Positions 20,617-31,592 of a DNA stretch of 64,000 nucleotides are shown piece after piece (position 1 is the first letter of the stretch; each line of letters begins with the position of its first letter). A program made the position numbers and the translations under genes. Source of the stretch: a virus (lineage: Duplodnaviria; Heunggongvirae; Uroviricota; Caudoviricetes); the IMG/VR virus record IMGVR_UViG_3300028549_003773; one strand, 5' to 3'. Under the pieces are notes generated by a model. The model was not told the DNA's origin. It was given only the letters and a program-made list of their open reading frames with translations, and made no database searches.

Positions 20617-21276
20617 ATGAAAAATATTATAAAAATAAGAGCTTTTGTTGCTATATGTGTAATTTTTGTATTATCGCTGGCTATGCTAAATACAGCAAAT
20701 GCTACAAATATCACAGTAGATTGGGATAAAGTTACAAATGTAACAACAACAAGTAAAGGTACATTAGGTACAACGGAGTTTGAATTAACAGTTGACTCTT
20801 CTGGAGTTTCTGTATATGGATACTGTATAGATCCATCACAAAGTATTAACAAAGGTAATTATGATTTTACTTTATCGTTATTGTCCGACCAAGGCGCAAA
20901 AGCTCCTCTATATTATAAAGCTGCTTGGCTATTGGATTCTTACGCCCCGGCTGGGAATGATGTGAGTAATAAAAAGGAAAAAAGCGCTGCAATACAAGGT
21001 GTACTCTGGACATTGTTAAATAACCCAGGGTATGCTTTGACAAATACAGGGTTAATAGGAAGCTATTTTAGCACTTATTGGGCAGCTGTGTCAGCAGTTA
21101 CTTTGAATTCATCAACAATTAATTATCTTAATACTCATTTTCTTGTTGCAAGAAACAGTAAAATACAAGATCTACTTGTATCTGATCCTAACCCAGTGCC
21201 TGAGCCAGCAACAATGCTTCTATTTGGTACCGGTATTTGTTTGTTATCGAGAATAAGAAGAAAAAATAGGAGTTAA
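20617..21276 (+). CDS. PEP-CTERM sorting-domain secreted protein
   Basis: N-terminal signal peptide; C-terminus PVPEPATMLLFGTGICLLSRIRRKNRS = PEP + TM helix + Arg-rich tail. Confidence 0.7.
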   Translation: MKNIIKIRAFVAICVIFVLSLAMLNTANATNITVDWDKVTNVTTTSKGTLGTTEFELTVDSSGVSVYGYCIDPSQSINKGNYDFTLSLLSDQGAKAPLYYKAAWLLDSYAPAGNDVSNKKEKSAAIQGVLWTLLNNPGYALTNTGLIGSYFSTYWAAVSAVTLNSSTINYLNTHFLVARNSKIQDLLVSDPNPVPEPATMLLFGTGICLLSRIRRKNRS

Positions 21277-21281
21277 ATAAT

Positions 21282-22067
21282 ATGCGATGGTTAAGTATTA
21301 TACTATTACTATTGTTATCTTTAGTATTTACTTTTGTAATTACTAAAGATAATAATGATGGTCTTCTATCAATAAGTGAACAGTCTACTGAAATTTCTGA
21401 TTTAAACATTAATGATTCACCTATAGATGTAGAACAGCTTGAAAGTATAGATAATAGTACAAGTAGTTATAACAATCGTTGGGTTGGGTTGTGTCCAAAA
21501 GATAGTATAAAATCAATTTACGATTTCAGGCAAACTGTAGAAAAAGACCCAACATTACAAAATCATTTTCAAGATTTCAAATGGGAAGAAGCGAAAATTA
21601 ATATTTTAAATAGTACAACTTACGCAAAAGTATCCCATAGATCTGGCTCTATAATAAAAGAAACAAAGAAAAGTATAACTTTACCTAAAGGAGATAAAAT
21701 TATAACTGATGGTAATAGAACAGTAAGATTTTTCTGTTGTAATGATGTTATTATACCAAAAGCTACATTGCCAGCTCCACCAAAGAAAATCAACAAGCCT
21801 ATGATAGCTGTGGAAATTCCAGAAAATAGCCTTGATGTAGTAAACGTAAATGCATATAATGACCAACCCTCCCTTAAAACATACTACAATTATCAACCAG
21901 AATATGTTTACAAAAGTCCAAGTAGTTTTATCGGTGGTAGTTCCTCTTCAGGGTTTTATCCTAAATTTTCACAGCCAACTGAGCCAACAGCAACACCAGA
22001 ACCATCAACATGGATGCTACTAGGAAGTGGTGCTCTATTGCTAAGATTTTTAAAGAAAAAATCCTAA
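21282..22067 (+). CDS. PEP-CTERM-like secreted protein
   Basis: N-terminal hydrophobic segment; C-terminus TATPEPSTWMLLGSGALLLRFLKKKS. Confidence 0.6.
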   Translation: MRWLSIILLLLLSLVFTFVITKDNNDGLLSISEQSTEISDLNINDSPIDVEQLESIDNSTSSYNNRWVGLCPKDSIKSIYDFRQTVEKDPTLQNHFQDFKWEEAKINILNSTTYAKVSHRSGSIIKETKKSITLPKGDKIITDGNRTVRFFCCNDVIIPKATLPAPPKKINKPMIAVEIPENSLDVVNVNAYNDQPSLKTYYNYQPEYVYKSPSSFIGGSSSSGFYPKFSQPTEPTATPEPSTWMLLGSGALLLRFLKKKS

Positions 22068-22660
22068 TTTTAAATAATTATTACTTTGAGGTGTTATTAT
22101 GAATATTCTTAAGAAAAAAGTAATGTCGGAAGAAGACATGATTAGTATGTTGTCTAAGCATAATAAACAAAAAGTAGTACCAGGAAAAAGTTATATATTT
22201 ACGGTAACAAGAAACAATACAAGAGTTGTTTTTTCTAAAAATCATTGGAAGTTCTGTAACAAAGATATAACTGTGTTTGATGACGCAGAAGTCCATGGTT
22301 ACGATTGTACAAGTACAATATTTGAAAATGGAGCTTCTTTAATGTGGGTTAAAGAATGGTTCACATACTTGTAATAATTTTACAAAGGGTAAAAAGATGG
22401 CACTAAAAAAATGTACACTGTCACTTATAACACCGTTAGGAACATTCACAGGCATAACTAAAGAACTTACAGAAGAAGAAATAAAAGATTTGAGGTTGTA
22501 CATGCAAATATTAGCCTCTGGAGAGTATGAAAATTCTAAGTTAGCATATATAAGTAGAAAAATCCTCCCTATGCAATTAGGGGACGGTAGTTATATAGTG
22601 ACTAATAATAAGATTATGGAACAGTCTGTTCTACACTTAAAAATAGAAAAGGAGATTTAA

Positions 22661-22837
22661 ATGGAAAATAAAGATAACAATCCTGTTACAGTAATTAAAA
22701 AGCCTTATTCAACCCCTAAAATTACTAATTACGGAGATGTAAGAGAGATCACTCTAAGTGCAGGTAATCATCACAATCATCATAAACATTGTGGTTGTCA
22801 TCATAATGGGCCATGCCCTCACGACTGTTTTTCGTAA
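22661..22837 (+). CDS. small His/Cys-rich peptide (58 aa)
   Basis: MENKDNNPVTVIKKPYSTPKITNYGDVREITLSAGNHHNHHKHCGCHHNGPCPHDCFS; abuts the stop of the preceding gene; RBS ggagatttaa. Confidence 0.4.
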   Translation: MENKDNNPVTVIKKPYSTPKITNYGDVREITLSAGNHHNHHKHCGCHHNGPCPHDCFS

Positions 22838-22980
22838 CTAATTTATGCTGAAAAAGATTAAAAAAGAACTTTTTTGTATAGTATTATTTCTAGTAAGCAT
22901 GTTTTTATACATAGTTTTTATGATTACACCTTATATTTATGGATTTACTTTTATTAAAATTATAAAAAATTGGTGACTAA

Positions 22981-23487
22981 ATGGGTACTGTGATTGTTGT
23001 CTTCTTTGCTATTGTTGTTATGATATGTTTTTATAAGGGTGTGTGTAATTTTTTTGAATATTACATAAAGAATGAGGCAGAGGTACCTCTTAACGAAAAT
23101 ATAGAAAAAGAAATTAAAAAAAATACGTTAGAGATAGATAGACTTAATAAAGAAGAAAGAGCAGAGCGCAAAAAAATCATAAAAGAAAATTATACGCACT
23201 ACTTAAAATCAGTTGAAGAGGAAAGATTAAAACTACAAGAACAAATAAAAAGGAACAACATACTTGCACAAAAACGTAGAAAAGAAGATCGTAGGAAAAA
23301 AGATGATACTTTTGATGATATAGCAGAATCTGTAATTATGTCTTCTGAGATATTTTCAACTACCAGTACGCAAGAAGATGAGTCAGCAAAAATCTTTAAC
23401 AATACACCAGACGGTTCTTTCGGTGGAGGCGGTTCTACCGGTTCTTGGGAATCATCTGACAGTTCAACTTCAAGCAGTAGTGATTAA
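22981..23487 (+). CDS. membrane-anchored charged coiled-coil protein with Ser-rich tail
   Basis: N-terminal TM helix; KEERAERKKIIKEN...RRKEDRRKKDD; C-terminal GGGGSTGSWESSDSSTSSSSD. Confidence 0.45.
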   Translation: MGTVIVVFFAIVVMICFYKGVCNFFEYYIKNEAEVPLNENIEKEIKKNTLEIDRLNKEERAERKKIIKENYTHYLKSVEEERLKLQEQIKRNNILAQKRRKEDRRKKDDTFDDIAESVIMSSEIFSTTSTQEDESAKIFNNTPDGSFGGGGSTGSWESSDSSTSSSSD

Positions 23488-23524
23488 TAATTAAATTTTA
23501 ATTCAATAGTTATGGTATAATATT

Positions 23525-23887
23525 ATGGACGTTAAAGATGGACAATGCCCAATATGTAGAAATAAAGACAAATTATTCGACGAAGGAAAAATTGGACTAC
23601 GCTTCTATTGGTTGTTGCAACAATTAGAAGAAAGATTACCAGGCGTTAGTAAAACCTTAAATTTTAGTGCGCAACCTCCAGAACTTATTCTGATTAATGC
23701 TCTTGATGCTCATCTTGAAAACATGTCAGAAGAACGCGATAAGGTTGAAAAATTGGTTGCAGGATATGAAGATTTACTTAAAAAAGTTTCAAACAGTCAT
23801 AACGTTTCTTTATATGCAATAAGAGAAATTAATGAAAATATTAGAGTACTTGATAACTTCATAAGTAAAATGGGAAAACACATTTAA
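23525..23887 (+). CDS. hypothetical protein
   Basis: 120-aa ORF on the + strand. Confidence 0.45.
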   Translation: MDVKDGQCPICRNKDKLFDEGKIGLRFYWLLQQLEERLPGVSKTLNFSAQPPELILINALDAHLENMSEERDKVEKLVAGYEDLLKKVSNSHNVSLYAIREINENIRVLDNFISKMGKHI

Positions 23888-24420
23888 ATACAAGAAAATA
23901 ACTAAGCATACTAGGAGAATATATGTTCAAGGTTAAAAGATTCATGTTTTGGAATAATCGCGCAGTAGAATTACCAGGATATGTTGATTTCTCTGTAGAT
24001 TTTATTGAGTGGTCTAAAAAAGAATATGGTATAGCCATATGCAGAAAATATGATGGAAAACTTATACCGATACCTGAATTCGCACTTGAAGGTTTTAATC
24101 CTGCTAAATACCCAATACAAGACATAAATTTAAAAAAAGAAGATTAACTATAATATAAATCATATTATTTCTTAAAAGGCTAATTATTATGTATAGATTA
24201 TTATCTGAAGCAGAAGCGATGAGAGTTATTTGTCCGTTTACTATACCTTCAGGTGAACGTAGATTTTGTTTAGGGTCTTCTTGTTTTAGTTGGATAAATA
24301 TAGAAAATCCTAAAGAAAAAGAAGGTCCTATTAATTCTAATAATGTAGGTACATGTATTAAATTAATTCGTAAGAAAGAGTAACAAAATAACTATGGTAC
24401 ATGGTTAGAGTAATGTAGGA

Positions 24421-25137
24421 TTGGTGCTGTTTGGACAGGTGAAAAAAATAAAGGAGAAGGTCATGAGTGTACCTCAAGAAATCGACTTATCAAAATGTAT
24501 TAAAGGTCAAAAACTACAAAGAAGAGACGGTGTTGTAGCTCATTTTGTAAAAACGATAAATTTTGATAATGATTATGATGTGTATATCAGAGCTAACGAT
24601 ATAAAAACAGTCAGTTATAAAAAAGATGGGAGTTATTTAATCTATGGAGAAAAGTCTGAGTTTGATATAGTTAAAATACTTCCTATTGAAACAGATGTTG
24701 AGGTAATGAATAAACAAGACCCAAACCAGAGACAAGGAATGGGCTTTAGCGCAGCTATTGCCGATAAGTACGAATATGCTGCTAAAGACACCAACAGTAA
24801 GTGGTTTGTATATGAAAATAAACCAATTTTAGATAAGGATCGTTGGGTAGTGTCTAAAGGGAATTATGTAGATGTTACTAAATTAATATCTTTTTCAAAT
24901 GTTCCTTGGAAACAATCATTGCATATACGTTTAGGCAAAATTTTTCTGCCTTACTTTGAAAAAGATGAAAAGGTTGAAGTACGTTTTGTAGGAGAAAGCA
25001 GATTTAAACCAGCGCATTTTAGTAATTATACCATTCATGAAGACACACTACTAATCTGGGTATATTCTTCTGGAAGAACATCACATACTTCTTTAGGTTT
25101 AATATTTGTAGAAAAAATAAGACGTTCAAGTAAATAA
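24421..25137 (+). CDS. hypothetical protein
   Basis: 238-aa ORF immediately upstream of rtcB. Confidence 0.5.
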   Translation: MVLFGQVKKIKEKVMSVPQEIDLSKCIKGQKLQRRDGVVAHFVKTINFDNDYDVYIRANDIKTVSYKKDGSYLIYGEKSEFDIVKILPIETDVEVMNKQDPNQRQGMGFSAAIADKYEYAAKDTNSKWFVYENKPILDKDRWVVSKGNYVDVTKLISFSNVPWKQSLHIRLGKIFLPYFEKDEKVEVRFVGESRFKPAHFSNYTIHEDTLLIWVYSSGRTSHTSLGLIFVEKIRRSSK

Positions 25138-25175
25138 ATTTTATAACCAATAATTTGACAAGACTAAATAATACC

Positions 25176-26291
25176 ATGATTTTAAAAATAGAAAAACCGT
25201 GTAATATTTACGCAGAAGTAATTGAATCAGGCGCTTTAGATCAATTTAAAGACGTTATGTCTAAAGATTGGGTATTACGTGGTGCTCTCATGCCTGACGT
25301 TCATCAAGGATACACAATGCCTATAGGAGGTGTAGTTCAAACCTTAGGTATGATAAGCCCTGTTTTTGTGGGATATGATATTGGATGTGGAGTCTGCGCT
25401 CAACTTACCACCTTTAATAAAGAAGAGGTATTTCAACTACGATACAAGTTGAAAGAAAAACTATATAATAACATTCCAGTAGGTCAAAATCATCACAATC
25501 GACCACAAATTTGGAAAGAATATCACACAATTCCTAAAACAGATTGGTATAATAAAATGTTCTGGGAAGACAAAGGGTTACACCAATTAGGCACTCTTGG
25601 TTCTGGTAATCATTTTTTAGAAATAGCTTATGATGAAAAAGATCGTGTATGGGTTACAGTACATTCAGGTTCTCGTCATATAGGGCATTCAACAGCAAGT
25701 TATTATATCCGTTTGGCACATCCTCAAGGAACGTTAGCAGAAGGAGCATATGCTCTTGATGTAACTACTCAAGCAGGCAAGGATTACATTCTTGACCTTA
25801 ATGCCTCATTAGCTTTCGCCCTTGAAAATCGTAAACAAATAGTAACAGCCACAATAGCTACTATCAATCAATTTGTAAAAGGGGAATCAGCAGGAGAATT
25901 AATTAACAGGAATCATAACCACGCCGAATCAAAGGATGGCATTCATTGGATACATCGAAAAGGAGCAACTCATGCCGAAGAAGGTATGATTGGTGTAATT
26001 CCAGGTAATATGAGAGATGGATCTTTTATTGTTATGGGTAAAGGAAATCCAGATTCATTGTTCTCTTCATCCCATGGTGCAGGGAGAGTTTACTCAAGAA
26101 AGAAAGCAAAGACTTTGTTTACTGTAGAAGAAGTCGAGCTAGAGATGGGAGATATTGCTGCAAACATTAATGCTGGTATGCTTGATGAATCTCCTGGTTC
26201 TTATAAAAACATATTTGAAGTGATGGAATTACAGAAAGATTTGGTAGAAATAATTCATCACGTCAAACCTATCATTTGTATAAAAGGATAA
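25176..26291 (+). CDS. rtcB: RtcB-family RNA 3'-phosphate/2',3'-cyclic-phosphate ligase
   Basis: MPDVHQGY, GYDIGCGV, GSGNHFLEI, HSGSRHIGH, NRNHNHAE, HRKGAT and SSSHGAGRVYSR match RtcB active-site motifs; track start 25155 is TTG, first ATG is 25176. Confidence 0.8.
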   Translation: MILKIEKPCNIYAEVIESGALDQFKDVMSKDWVLRGALMPDVHQGYTMPIGGVVQTLGMISPVFVGYDIGCGVCAQLTTFNKEEVFQLRYKLKEKLYNNIPVGQNHHNRPQIWKEYHTIPKTDWYNKMFWEDKGLHQLGTLGSGNHFLEIAYDEKDRVWVTVHSGSRHIGHSTASYYIRLAHPQGTLAEGAYALDVTTQAGKDYILDLNASLAFALENRKQIVTATIATINQFVKGESAGELINRNHNHAESKDGIHWIHRKGATHAEEGMIGVIPGNMRDGSFIVMGKGNPDSLFSSSHGAGRVYSRKKAKTLFTVEEVELEMGDIAANINAGMLDESPGSYKNIFEVMELQKDLVEIIHHVKPIICIKG

Positions 26292-26298
26292 CATTCAA

Positions 26299-26613
26299 AT
26301 GAATTTGCTACCTGTAAAAAGCACTAATATTATTCCTGAAAGTCTAAAAAGTATTACTAAAAATTCATCAGAATTTGATAAGTATAATGCTTTTTTAAAA
26401 GAAGCTTTACAAAGATGTGCTAATTTAGAAACACCTTACGATAGAGTAACTGAAGTACCAATAACACCAGAGGAATTAGAAAAATTTTGTGATGCTGCTG
26501 CTGAATTGGGGCTTCCTGTTACTTATGTTGGGTATAACACTGATGACACTACTGGTTTTTACGCAGGCTATCCTACTTGGGATATGTTAAATGAAGTAGA
26601 AAGTTGTAGATAA
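26299..26613 (+). CDS. hypothetical protein
   Basis: 104-aa ORF. Confidence 0.45.
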   Translation: MNLLPVKSTNIIPESLKSITKNSSEFDKYNAFLKEALQRCANLETPYDRVTEVPITPEELEKFCDAAAELGLPVTYVGYNTDDTTGFYAGYPTWDMLNEVESCR

Positions 26614-26876
26614 AATAATAATATTTTAAATATGCTTGTACAATTATCAAATAAAACTTTAAACGGTAAGAATAAAATCAACACCGCTGCAGTAAAGGGC
26701 GGTGTTGGTATTTGGAAAGTAATAGAAAAACAAGATAATGTATTATTTAGTCAAGAGAAAGGTCCCTGGCTTAAGATAGTTCCTTTAGATAGTAGTAGTA
26801 AAGAATTAAAGTATCTAATGAGATGGGTACATTTAAATAACGACAAAGATTTTGAAGTTATTATTAAGGACTAAAT

Positions 26877-27296
26877 ATGAAAAGTAATCTAACATACGAT
26901 GTTTTACGTTATGACAAACATTTTGGAAAACAACTTATAAATTTTAGCATAAGTTCCAGAATGAATGGTAAATATCAAGCCGTGTCAATGTATTGGCATG
27001 TTGTAAAAAATAAAGATGGTATGTATGGTATTGTTGGTGGAGGTGGTAATAATATAGGAAGTTTTGTTGGTTGGTGTACTGGTCTAACAGGCTGGTGTTT
27101 TAATCCGCTTAATTTAGAAGAATACGTATGGAGCAAAATTAACAACGCCTTCATAACAAAAACCTTCCCATTTTTAAGAGATGTACGTATTATACCTAAC
27201 GAATTTTATTATTATCAAAAAGATAGTAACAATGAGATTATAGAATTTTATACTGAAGAAAATTGTTTTGATAAAGTTATGCTGTGGTGTAAATAG
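26877..27296 (+). CDS. hypothetical protein
   Basis: 139-aa ORF. Confidence 0.45.
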   Translation: MKSNLTYDVLRYDKHFGKQLINFSISSRMNGKYQAVSMYWHVVKNKDGMYGIVGGGGNNIGSFVGWCTGLTGWCFNPLNLEEYVWSKINNAFITKTFPFLRDVRIIPNEFYYYQKDSNNEIIEFYTEENCFDKVMLWCK

Positions 27297-27768
27297 GATG
27301 TGCGCATTAAATAATACAGAATTAGGATTACCGTGTGTGGGTACAGATGACAAATTACATGTGTACTTACCTTTAGAAGACAAAACAAAATGTGGTATAG
27401 ACATAAGAAATAAAAATGTTACACTAAAAGACATTTTAAGTAAATTTTCATGTCACATATGTTCATACTGCACAACAACATAATAAATAAAAATTAAGAG
27501 AGGTTTAAAAATGAAATTCATTCCTGTAAATAATATGTCGAATTTAAAATTGCCAGAAGGATATACTACAGAATTTGATAATACTGGTGATTGTATAAGA
27601 TGTAGTTTTTGCGATGATAATGAAGATTGTGTACATCCAGCTGGAGCATCTAATTGCGGATGTATGCAATACGATGTAGTATTTGTTAAAGAAGGATAGT
27701 TATTACTGTTGCCCATATTAATGTAGTCTTGAAAATTCAGTAATAAAATTTCTAATAAGGGATTAATC

Positions 27769-28164
27769 ATGAGTGATTTTAAAACTGGCGATTTAATTAT
27801 TGTGAGCGACTGGTACCCAGTATTACCTACCAGTACAAGAATGAAGTACCTTTGTACTATTAATAGTACGAAACATCTGTGTGTTTCACCTATGGAATGG
27901 GAAGAAGGAGATTTTAGTAATATTATTGAATACAAATTTATTGACAAACCGCGTACAGTACTCAAAGTACGTAAAGCTTCTGATATAGTTAAGTGGCTTG
28001 AAGATAATGGTTATCGACCTACAATGCGAGGTAGCTGGCTTTCAATGAAAGAACGTCACTTACTATTTGATAAAAGTATGTTCATCGAATGCGGCAAAAA
28101 TTTTGGCGATGTAAAAAATCAAGACTGTTTCATGGATGCTTGGTTAGAAGAAGTAGAGCTTTGA
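27769..28164 (+). CDS. hypothetical protein
   Basis: 131-aa ORF. Confidence 0.45.
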   Translation: MSDFKTGDLIIVSDWYPVLPTSTRMKYLCTINSTKHLCVSPMEWEEGDFSNIIEYKFIDKPRTVLKVRKASDIVKWLEDNGYRPTMRGSWLSMKERHLLFDKSMFIECGKNFGDVKNQDCFMDAWLEEVEL

Positions 28165-28174
28165 CAGGAGAGTT

Positions 28175-28510
28175 ATGGGAGATGGCGCTGATATGGCATT
28201 AGACAATGCCTGGGATGATTGGGAACAAAGAGAAGAGTGGATTAATAAAGGACGTAATCCAGTAGAAGGATATGAATTAGGTATACTTAATGAGCTTGGT
28301 GGAGAAGAAGCCGATTCAAGATTACCTTCAAGGTCAAAAAAATCCCTTTATACAAAAACAGATAAGCGAAAGGCTACCAGTGTTGAATGTAAATATTGTG
28401 GTAAGAAAAACTTGAATTGGCAGAATATTAGAGGTAAATGGCGCTTGTATGATGAAAAAATTATGCATATGTGTGCAAATTACAACAAGATCAATTATGA
28501 AAAAAATTAG
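28175..28510 (+). CDS. hypothetical protein with C-terminal zinc-ribbon-like CxxC...HMC
   Basis: CKYCGKK...HMCANY. Confidence 0.45.
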   Translation: MGDGADMALDNAWDDWEQREEWINKGRNPVEGYELGILNELGGEEADSRLPSRSKKSLYTKTDKRKATSVECKYCGKKNLNWQNIRGKWRLYDEKIMHMCANYNKINYEKN

Positions 28511-29357
28511 TTTAATATTATTATTATTATTATTATTTATTTTTTGCTTATTCTTTACAAGTTGTATGTTTCTACCTTTCAACAAGATGATGAGGGCCCC
28601 TCATGCTAATTATGGCTCTTGTGCTGAATGTCATAGTACAATATTTTTATTAAAAAACGCAGAGTCTAAGAATTAATTATTTACAAAGGAGTAAAGTATG
28701 GAAGAAGATATTAGTAATTATTTTGACATTTTCGAAGAATTTTCTCAAGAATTAATTGATGAATGTAGAGATGATTGCGGAAACGCCGAAAAAGAAATTG
28801 AATGGAGTTACATTTAAGGAGTATTTATGAAAGAAGAAAAATCTTTGTTACAAACATACGTATGGTTATTTATAGATTGGGTAAAAACTTTTCTATATTT
28901 TATTCCAATAATTAGTAAAAGAACACCTGAGATTTGTGCGGACTTGTATACATACCATAAACATTGGTTGGGTGTACAGGTAGGTATAAGAAAAGAACGT
29001 GCTTTAAAAAGAAAAACTAAAGTGTATTAAATTATGAAAGAAGAAAAAGTAATAAGTGCTGATGTTATATGCTACAAAGTAACATATACCCTATGGGGCA
29101 GAATATATGAACAAGAAATGGATATTGCTATTTCCGATTATAAAGATAAAACCACTGAAGCAAGGTTAAAAAATGATTTCGAAGAAGCAATATACGTTAT
29201 GAATTCTGAGTATATAGCAGAAGAAGTACCAAAAGAAGTGCAAAACCCTATTAAAATAGATTCTTACATTAGAATAACTAACAAGGGAGAAGCGCTTCAG
29301 TAATTCTGTATATATTTAGATATCTGTAAATACATATGAATTTAGCAGTTGGTGCTT

Positions 29358-29415
29358 GGTGGTGGGGCTTGGGGAGTAGTGGTACTGGCTTTTTGGGCTG
29401 GTGCTTTCTACTCAT
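29358..29415 (+). promoter_or_regulatory. GC-rich ~50-bp element containing TAGTGGTAC (instance 7); near-identical copy at 35052
   Basis: ggtggggcttggggagTAGTGGTACtggctttttgggctggtgc; a GC island in an AT-rich intergenic region. Confidence 0.45.
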
Positions 29416-29559
29416 TTATATAATATTATCCTTAGGGTAGTATAAATGGAAGTAAAAAGAAAATTTTGTACATTCAAAAAGAATGCAGTAGACATCTGTC
29501 TTGTGTTACTTTTATCTATCTATTTTGTAATACTCAAATTCAAATATCTATTAAAACTA

Positions 29560-29870
29560 TGAAAAAATCAAAAAAGTTTGGTGGCACTATAAAGGATTGG
29601 CAGATACACACATTAAGTGTAACAAAAGAATGGCTTGATACAGTATGCACAGAAAAAGGTCTCCAACCTATGATATTAACAGGCACGGTTGTTGAGGATA
29701 AATTAGGTAGATGGCTGCCTGGTTTTCATATGAGGTCAACATTAATTAAAAAGATAGATAGAGAAAAAGGAGAAGTTGAAACTCAAAATACTATCTATAA
29801 GCTTGAAGGTAAAGAAGGTGGTGATATCTTTAAAGATTTAGGAGATAATGTATTTAAAATATTTTATTAA
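29560..29870 (+). CDS. hypothetical protein
   Basis: likely start MKKSKKFGG inside track ORF 29466..29870. Confidence 0.45.
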
Positions 29871-30147
29871 GTATAAATAAAAGTATTTAAATAACATTAT
29901 GTGAGAATACAAATGAGTACAGATGACGACACACTAATTATACACAATGTTGATCTTAATTTATTAGAAAATCAACGGCGACAATTTAATAATATGCTTA
30001 GTATGGACAAGATTATGGGTTTTATGTCAATTAAGCAAAGAGAATCATTAGTTGGTCTTGGGAATATGTTAGACAAATGGTCAGATGATAAGTATTTTCA
30101 AAAGCAAACTAAGAGAGATTAATAAAATTATATAAGGAATTGACATC

Positions 30148-30861
30148 ATGTCTTTACATGTCTGTGGTGACACACATTGTCCTAGGGATATCCATAAATT
30201 GAATACCACAGAATGGCCAGAGCAAAGATCGCTAAATAAAAATGATATACTTGTTATATTAGGTGATTGTGGCTTGATATGGGATCCTGATTGGTCAAGA
30301 GAAGAATTGCATTGGGCTAATTGGCTTGCTAACAAAAAATTTACAGTTTGTTTTATTGATGGTAATCACGAAAATTTCGCAAGATTAAATAAATTTGGTA
30401 CAGTTCCTTTTTACGGAGGAACTGCAGGAGTTGTGTTTGAAAATGAAAATGGTGTAGTATATCATCTAAAAAGAGGAGAAGTATACACCATTGAAAACAA
30501 AACAATATTTACCTTCGGGGGTGCTCAATCCACTGATAAAGAACGTAGAATTATTGGACGTAGTTGGTGGCCTGAGGAAGTTCCAAACTTCGCAGAAATT
30601 AATCATGGATTAGAAAATCTAGAAAAACATCACAATTGTGTTGATTTTATATTAACACATACTGCACCAACAAGTATTATTACTCACTTTAATTTTATAG
30701 ACGCAGCTATGAGAATTGATGATCCTACTTCTAGATTTTTAGAAGAAGTGGATAAAATTACACAATTTAAACAGTGGCATTTCGGCCATTTCCACACCAG
30801 CCAGCATAAAGACATGAAATATATTTGTCATTATAACTGGTATCCCTATAAATTATTTTAA
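30148..30861 (+). CDS. calcineurin-like metallophosphoesterase
   Basis: GDCGLIWD (GDxxDRG-like) and CFIDGNHENF (GNHE) motifs. Confidence 0.7.
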   Translation: MSLHVCGDTHCPRDIHKLNTTEWPEQRSLNKNDILVILGDCGLIWDPDWSREELHWANWLANKKFTVCFIDGNHENFARLNKFGTVPFYGGTAGVVFENENGVVYHLKRGEVYTIENKTIFTFGGAQSTDKERRIIGRSWWPEEVPNFAEINHGLENLEKHHNCVDFILTHTAPTSIITHFNFIDAAMRIDDPTSRFLEEVDKITQFKQWHFGHFHTSQHKDMKYICHYNWYPYKLF

Positions 30862-30869
30862 GGATCTTC

Positions 30870-31388
30870 ATGAAAACAAATTATAGAAAGTATCTTTCCG
30901 AACTTGATGAGTCTTTTCTTGAACAATGTGGTCTTACACGTAACTCTACTGTAGATGAAATTATAAGTAAACTTCAATGGAGTACTTACGGTCCAAATGC
31001 CGATACCAAAAAATTCAAATGGATAAAACTTCGTGACTGCACATCTGTACATTTACGTAAGATAAGAGCGTTACCCGATGTTTATAAGATTCATATGATT
31101 GCCATTGATATAATTTTAAGTATACGTCAATTAAAAACCAGATCAAATGCTCTGGTAGGTACTAATTGGTGTCGTAATGAACCTTATGACCCGGCAAAAG
31201 GGCCCTATAATACCTATACAGTACTTTTTGTAACGAATACGGATAATATACATAAAAAGCACGCATGCCAAGTAGTTTATTATGGAGATAACGGCAGACA
31301 CTGGAGTTTACCCCTTAGTAAATGGCCTGGAAATTTAGTACAAATAGATTATAAGACCGCTAACAAATTAAAAAATAAAAGTAAATAA
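30870..31388 (+). CDS. hypothetical protein
   Basis: 172-aa ORF. Confidence 0.45.
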   Translation: MKTNYRKYLSELDESFLEQCGLTRNSTVDEIISKLQWSTYGPNADTKKFKWIKLRDCTSVHLRKIRALPDVYKIHMIAIDIILSIRQLKTRSNALVGTNWCRNEPYDPAKGPYNTYTVLFVTNTDNIHKKHACQVVYYGDNGRHWSLPLSKWPGNLVQIDYKTANKLKNKSK

Positions 31389-31396
31389 GGAAGACT

Positions 31397-31588
31397 ATGC
31401 AAAAGTTTTTAAAGGTGTACAGTAGTGTAATTATATTAGTAGTACTTGCAGTATTTTTATTCGGGTTCGTAATACCTGTGCTAATATCAGCTAAAAGTAC
31501 TGAATTAGTTGTATTGGGTTTTTTGGCGGTGCTGGTATCAGTACCATTTTATATTTTGAGTATTTATAAAATTTATAAAGGAATTTAA
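31397..31588 (+). CDS. small two-TM membrane protein (NfeD-like partner?)
   Basis: 63 aa with two hydrophobic helices, directly upstream of the SPFH gene. Confidence 0.45.
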   Translation: MQKFLKVYSSVIILVVLAVFLFGFVIPVLISAKSTELVVLGFLAVLVSVPFYILSIYKIYKGI

Positions 31589-31592
31589 AAAA

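Noticed and set aside
25155-25175. Track start of rtcB at 25155
   Set aside because: The codon at 25155 is TTG; the first ATG, at 25176, is preferred. The uncertainty is 7 codons and does not affect the call.
28501-28560. (TTA)n microsatellite as a possible regulatory repeat
   Set aside because: Short (~8 units), inside overlapping ORFs encoding poly-Leu, and typical low-complexity AT-rich sequence. It is mentioned only as a possible slippage site.
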